Source of the DNA: a bacterium
Lineage (GTDB): Bacteria; Synergistota; GBS-1
Length of the DNA: 64,000 nt
Direction: 5' to 3'
Assembly (NCBI GenBank): GCA_030153785.1
Contig: JASKLF010000006.1
Coordinates: 64,001 to 128,000, forward strand
How positions within the stretch are numbered: the stretch's first letter is position 1; each line of letters starts with the position of its first letter. Position numbers and translations under genes: made by a program. The notes beneath the pieces are model-generated. The model made no database searches, was not told where the DNA came from, and saw only the letters and a program-made list of their open reading frames with translations. Shown here piece after piece: positions 60,496 to 64,000 of this stretch.

Positions 60496-61455
60496 TTATT
60501 TTCCACCTTTTTCCTCAAAATACCTTTTTGCACCGGGGTGAAGAGGAATAGGAGTTTTAAAAGCTCCCTCTGGGTCTATCTGCTTTGCTATTGCATTCAT
60601 GCTTTGCAGCTCCTCCAAATGATCAAAAATTGCCTTGGTTACCTTATAAACGAGCTCTTCATCCATATCGGACCTTACAATCAACACATTCCTTATACCA
60701 ACAGCCACAGCATCTTTATCTAACTTATAAACTTCTTTAGGAACAACTACCCTTGTATAATACGGATGTTTCTTCAAAATCCCTGCCAATTTATCCTCAT
60801 CTACGCTTATAAACTTTATCTTCTTGGTTGTAGTTAATTCCACAACTGCAGACGCAGGATAACCCGAAAGAGCAAGGGCAGCATCTACATTACCATCGCC
60901 TAAGTTCCTGAAACCATCACTATAAGAAAGGTAACTTGGAACTATATCATCCATGGTAAAGCCGTATTCCTCAAGAACAGCTTTCATAACCGGTATTGTT
61001 CCCCCACCTGCAGGACCAACAGCTAATCTTTTTCCCTTCAGATCATAAACACTATTAATAGGAGAATTTGCCAATGTTATGATATGAAGTATGCTTGGGT
61101 GGAGCGAAGCTATTGCGCTTATTTTTAACTTCTCCTTATACGGAGGCATACCATTAATACCGAAATAAGCTAAATTTGCATTTGTAAGCCCGAACTCTAC
61201 TTCTCCGCGAGATACCAATCTTGGGTTTGCTACTGAACCTCCTGTGACCTCCGCTGTAACCTCCACATCTTTAACATATTTGTTGATGAGATTTGCAATG
61301 CTCTGGCCCAAAGAGAAATACGCACCACCAACGCTTGCCGTTCCAATACTCAAATATTTTTTCTCCGCTGTTAAGGCTCCCCCAGACACTCCAAAAATAA
61401 GAAAGGCCATGACCGAAATTACGAGCAATTTGCCTATCCACTTCTTACCCCCCAT
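60496..61455 (-). CDS. TAXI-family TRAP solute-binding protein
   Basis: IGTASVGGAY, TGGSVAN, DLKGKR..VG..GGGT, IPLHPGA.RY. Confidence 0.93.
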   Translation of the reverse strand: MGGKKWIGKLLVISVMAFLIFGVSGGALTAEKKYLSIGTASVGGAYFSLGQSIANLINKYVKDVEVTAEVTGGSVANPRLVSRGEVEFGLTNANLAYFGINGMPPYKEKLKISAIASLHPSILHIITLANSPINSVYDLKGKRLAVGPAGGGTIPVMKAVLEEYGFTMDDIVPSYLSYSDGFRNLGDGNVDAALALSGYPASAVVELTTTKKIKFISVDEDKLAGILKKHPYYTRVVVPKEVYKLDKDAVAVGIRNVLIVRSDMDEELVYKVTKAIFDHLEELQSMNAIAKQIDPEGAFKTPIPLHPGAKRYFEEKGGK

Positions 61456-61458
61456 CGC

Positions 61459-62136
61459 CTATCCCCTCCTTAGGTTTTGTTTAACGATACCTCTATCCTT
61501 TAAAGCCTTTACAAGGCTTTCTGCCGCTTTTTTCCTGTGCTCCCTTATAAAAAATTCCAGCTCCTCCTTTTTCCTTTCCTTTATAAGCTCTACTATCTTT
61601 TCATGCTCTAACAGAGATTCCTCTCCTCTACCAGGAGCAAGCATAAACACAGCCCTTGTTCTTTCCCATTTATTCCAGAGCTCCATAATTAACTCGTATA
61701 GCTTTCTATAAGGGGTTAACGAACAAATAAACGAATGAAAACTTTTGTTGAGGTTACCATACTTAACATAATCCTCAGATTCTAAAGCCTTTCGCATTTC
61801 ATCCAAGAGCTTCTCTAACTTTCTCAGCTCCTTGTCCGTAAAATAATCAACGCTTTCTCGTGCAGCAAACCCCTCAAGAACCCCCCTTATAATGTAGGAT
61901 TCCATCACATCAACCTCATCGATCTCTTTAACCACAGGGCCAACATGCGTTTTAATCTCAACTAAACCCTCACTCTCAAGAATTCTTAAGGCTTCCCTGA
62001 CAGGCGTCTCACTGATACCAAATTCCTGAGCAATTCTCCCAATAACCAGACGGTCCCCCGGCTTATAAACGCCACTAACTATATCTTCCTTAAGCTTTTC
62101 GTAAACAATTTCCACCTTGGTTTTATAGATCATCAT
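61459..62136 (-). CDS. GntR (FCD) family transcriptional regulator
   Basis: PGDRL...IA.EFGISETPVREAL..L..EGLV; N..FH; EH..I; H. Confidence 0.93.
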   Translation of the reverse strand: MMIYKTKVEIVYEKLKEDIVSGVYKPGDRLVIGRIAQEFGISETPVREALRILESEGLVEIKTHVGPVVKEIDEVDVMESYIIRGVLEGFAARESVDYFTDKELRKLEKLLDEMRKALESEDYVKYGNLNKSFHSFICSLTPYRKLYELIMELWNKWERTRAVFMLAPGRGEESLLEHEKIVELIKERKKEELEFFIREHRKKAAESLVKALKDRGIVKQNLRRG

Positions 62137-62146
62137 CCATCACCCA

Positions 62147-62180
62147 TTATATAGTATATATCATATATAACACTTGTCAA
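62147..62180 (-). promoter_or_regulatory. Promoter of the gntR operon with candidate operator
   Basis: TTGACA at 62180-62175 (minus strand) followed by three TATATA palindromes overlapping the -10 region. Confidence 0.55.
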
Positions 62181-62267
62181 CAAAATTTTCCAAAAAAATT
62201 TTTTATAACCTTACTTATAGAAGAAAACGCTCGTGCTATAATATAATTGAAAAACAACAGAATACAG

Positions 62268-62371
62268 CCCACGTTCCCTGGGGGAGCTCCTGCTAAGCGG
62301 GGCTGAGAGGAGAGCGCAAGCTCTCGACCCCTTGAACCTGATCCGGGTAATACCGGCGGAGGGAAACGGGA
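62268..62371 (+). promoter_or_regulatory. TPP riboswitch
   Basis: GGGGAGC...GCTGAGAG...GACCC.TTGAACCTGATCCGGGTAATACCGGCGGAGGGAA; upstream of thi4-thiC. Confidence 0.96.
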
Positions 62372-62388
62372 AGTCAACCTGTAAAAAG

Positions 62389-62427
62389 AACCCTCCGCCT
62401 ATAGAGGTGGAGGGTTAAATCATTTTT
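62389..62427 (+). terminator. TPP riboswitch expression-platform hairpin
   Basis: AACCCTCCGCCT-ATAG-AGGTGGAGGGTT followed by AAATCATTTTT. Confidence 0.6.
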
Positions 62428-62443
62428 AAAGGGGGTTACCGAA

Positions 62444-63196
62444 ATGAAGGACATTTTAATATCAAAGGCTATTTTAGAAAGTTTCTTTAATAAGCTCAGA
62501 GATTCTTTAGAGTTAGATGTAGCGATAGTGGGAGCAGGCCCAAGCGGTCTTGTAGCCTCTTATGAGCTTGCTAAGAAGAAGGTTAAAATTGCGATATTTG
62601 AGGAAAGAAACACCCCCGGCGGAGGCATATGGGGAGGAGGAATAATGTTCAACGAAGTTGTTTTAGAAAAGGAGCTTGAAGACTTCTTAAAAGAGCTTGA
62701 TATAAAGTACAAATACGTTGAAGACTACATTGTAGTAGATTCTACCCATTTTGCATCTGCTCTTATATACCATACAACGACATGGGGAACAAGAATCTTT
62801 AATAATATTAGCGTCGAAGATATTGCGATGCAAAACAACAGAGTCTGTGGAGTAGTAATAAACTGGGGACCGGTCAAAAAGTTAGGTCTACATGTAGACC
62901 CTATAACAATCAAGGCTTCTTATGTTGTAGATGGCACAGGACACCCCGCAAATGTGGTTTCCCTACTTGTAAAAAGAGGGCTTTTAGAGAAGAAAACCGA
63001 ATTTCCCATGAACGCGGAAGAGGCTGAAAAATTTGTAGTAGAAAAAACAGGAGAAGTTTTTCCTGGCTTACTCGTTTCAGGAATGGCGGTATGTGAAGTT
63101 TATGGGGGACCAAGGATGGGACCAATCTTCGGTGGAATGGTTTTATCTGGGAGAAGAATAGCAGAAATAATAACAGAAAGGGTGAACAAAAGATGA
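62444..63196 (+). CDS. thi4: Sulfide-dependent adenosine diphosphate thiazole synthase
   Basis: [46 protein letters not shown] riboswitch upstream. Confidence 0.95.
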   Translation: MKDILISKAILESFFNKLRDSLELDVAIVGAGPSGLVASYELAKKKVKIAIFEERNTPGGGIWGGGIMFNEVVLEKELEDFLKELDIKYKYVEDYIVVDSTHFASALIYHTTTWGTRIFNNISVEDIAMQNNRVCGVVINWGPVKKLGLHVDPITIKASYVVDGTGHPANVVSLLVKRGLLEKKTEFPMNAEEAEKFVVEKTGEVFPGLLVSGMAVCEVYGGPRMGPIFGGMVLSGRRIAEIITERVNKR

Positions 63197-64000
63197 CCCA
63201 AATGGAAATGGCAAAAAGAGGCATAATATCCGAGGAAATGAAGAAAACCGCAAAAGAGGAAGGCATAGAGGCAGAAATAGTTAGAAAAAGAATTGCTGAA
63301 GGCAAGGCGGTAATCCCTGCAAATAAACTCCGCAAGCTTCAAAAGCCCATAATAGTAGGAGAGGGATTCAGCGTTAAAGTGAATGCAAATATTGGAACTT
63401 CCAAGGGTTTTTCCTCCTTAGAAGAAGAAAAAGAAAAAGCAAGGGTAGCCATCGAATACGGAGCTGATGCCTTAATGGTGCTATCCACATGGGGAGATTT
63501 AAAAGCTATAAGAAAAGCAATCATAGAAATCTCTCCCATTCCCGTAGGGTCCGTTCCCATTTATGATTCCGCAGTTAAAAGCTATGAGATCGGGAAAAAT
63601 GTCGTTGATTTCTCTGAAAAAGACTTTTTAGAGATGGTTATAGATCATGCCAAAGATGGTATAGATTTCATGACCATACATGTAGGAGTCACGCAGAGGG
63701 TTTTAGAGTTTATAAGAAAATCAAAGAGGACTTTAAAGATCGTTAGCCGTGGTGGAAGTATAATAGCCGGTTGGATGTTAAAAAATAAAAAAGAAAATCC
63801 CTTCTACAAATACTTTGACGAATTACTGGGCATAGCAAAGGAATATGACATCACACTAAGCCTTGGTGATGGAATGAGACCTGGAGCTATCGTAGATGCA
63901 AGCGACTCACAACAATTTGAGGAGCTATTTGTCTTGGGAGAACTTGTAGAAAAAGCCAGAAAAAAAGACGTTCAGGTGATGATAGAAGGACCTGGGCACC
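63193..64000 (+). CDS. thiC: Phosphomethylpyrimidine synthase (ThiC family), runs off window
   Basis: Not in ORF track: [12 protein letters not shown]...KVNANIGTS...GSVPIY...DFMTIH...IVSRGGS...SLGDGMRPG...IEGPGH. Confidence 0.93.
   Translation, partial: MTQMEMAKRGIISEEMKKTAKEEGIEAEIVRKRIAEGKAVIPANKLRKLQKPIIVGEGFSVKVNANIGTSKGFSSLEEEKEKARVAIEYGADALMVLSTWGDLKAIRKAIIEISPIPVGSVPIYDSAVKSYEIGKNVVDFSEKDFLEMVIDHAKDGIDFMTIHVGVTQRVLEFIRKSKRTLKIVSRGGSIIAGWMLKNKKENPFYKYFDELLGIAKEYDITLSLGDGMRPGAIVDASDSQQFEELFVLGELVEKARKKDVQVMIEGPGH

Noticed and set aside
62177..62377. 66-aa minus-strand ORF
   Set aside because: Antisense to the TPP riboswitch.

Overview
Gene-dense, moderately AT-rich chromosomal window from an anaerobic, probably thermophilic bacterium. 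Two C-terminal Gly-Cys/TM/basic sorting tails suggest Synergistota, but this is inference only. Most of the window is housekeeping: purB, hypFCDE, nfnAB, rplM-rpsI, a LonC-type protease, the rsmB-rpe-rodZ-rimO-pgpA-cinA-thpR-recA-rny-ymdB block, iorAB, tadA, trmI, queH, hom, gltX and thi4-thiC. RNA features are six tRNAs, a long SRP RNA, a THF riboswitch ahead of folT and a TPP riboswitch ahead of thi4-thiC. I saw no CRISPR array, transposase, integrase or prophage. The most notable observations are: (i) a surface operon pairing an intact clostripain-family protease with a catalytically dead lipoprotein paralogue, plus FN3 and TPR proteins; (ii) a GntR/TAXI-TRAP/amidohydrolase/atypical DRE-TIM operon of unknown substrate; (iii) an orphan three-part ATP-dependent activase/Fe-S module next to a PPP phosphatase; (iv) apparent ATT and ATC start codons for purB and psuG; (v) tRNA-Gln overlapping the gltX stop codon; (vi) a 7-bp duplication frameshifting a C-GCAxxG-C-C gene; (vii) an unlisted 57-aa four-Cys protein. 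All family calls come from motif recognition by eye, not from database searches.
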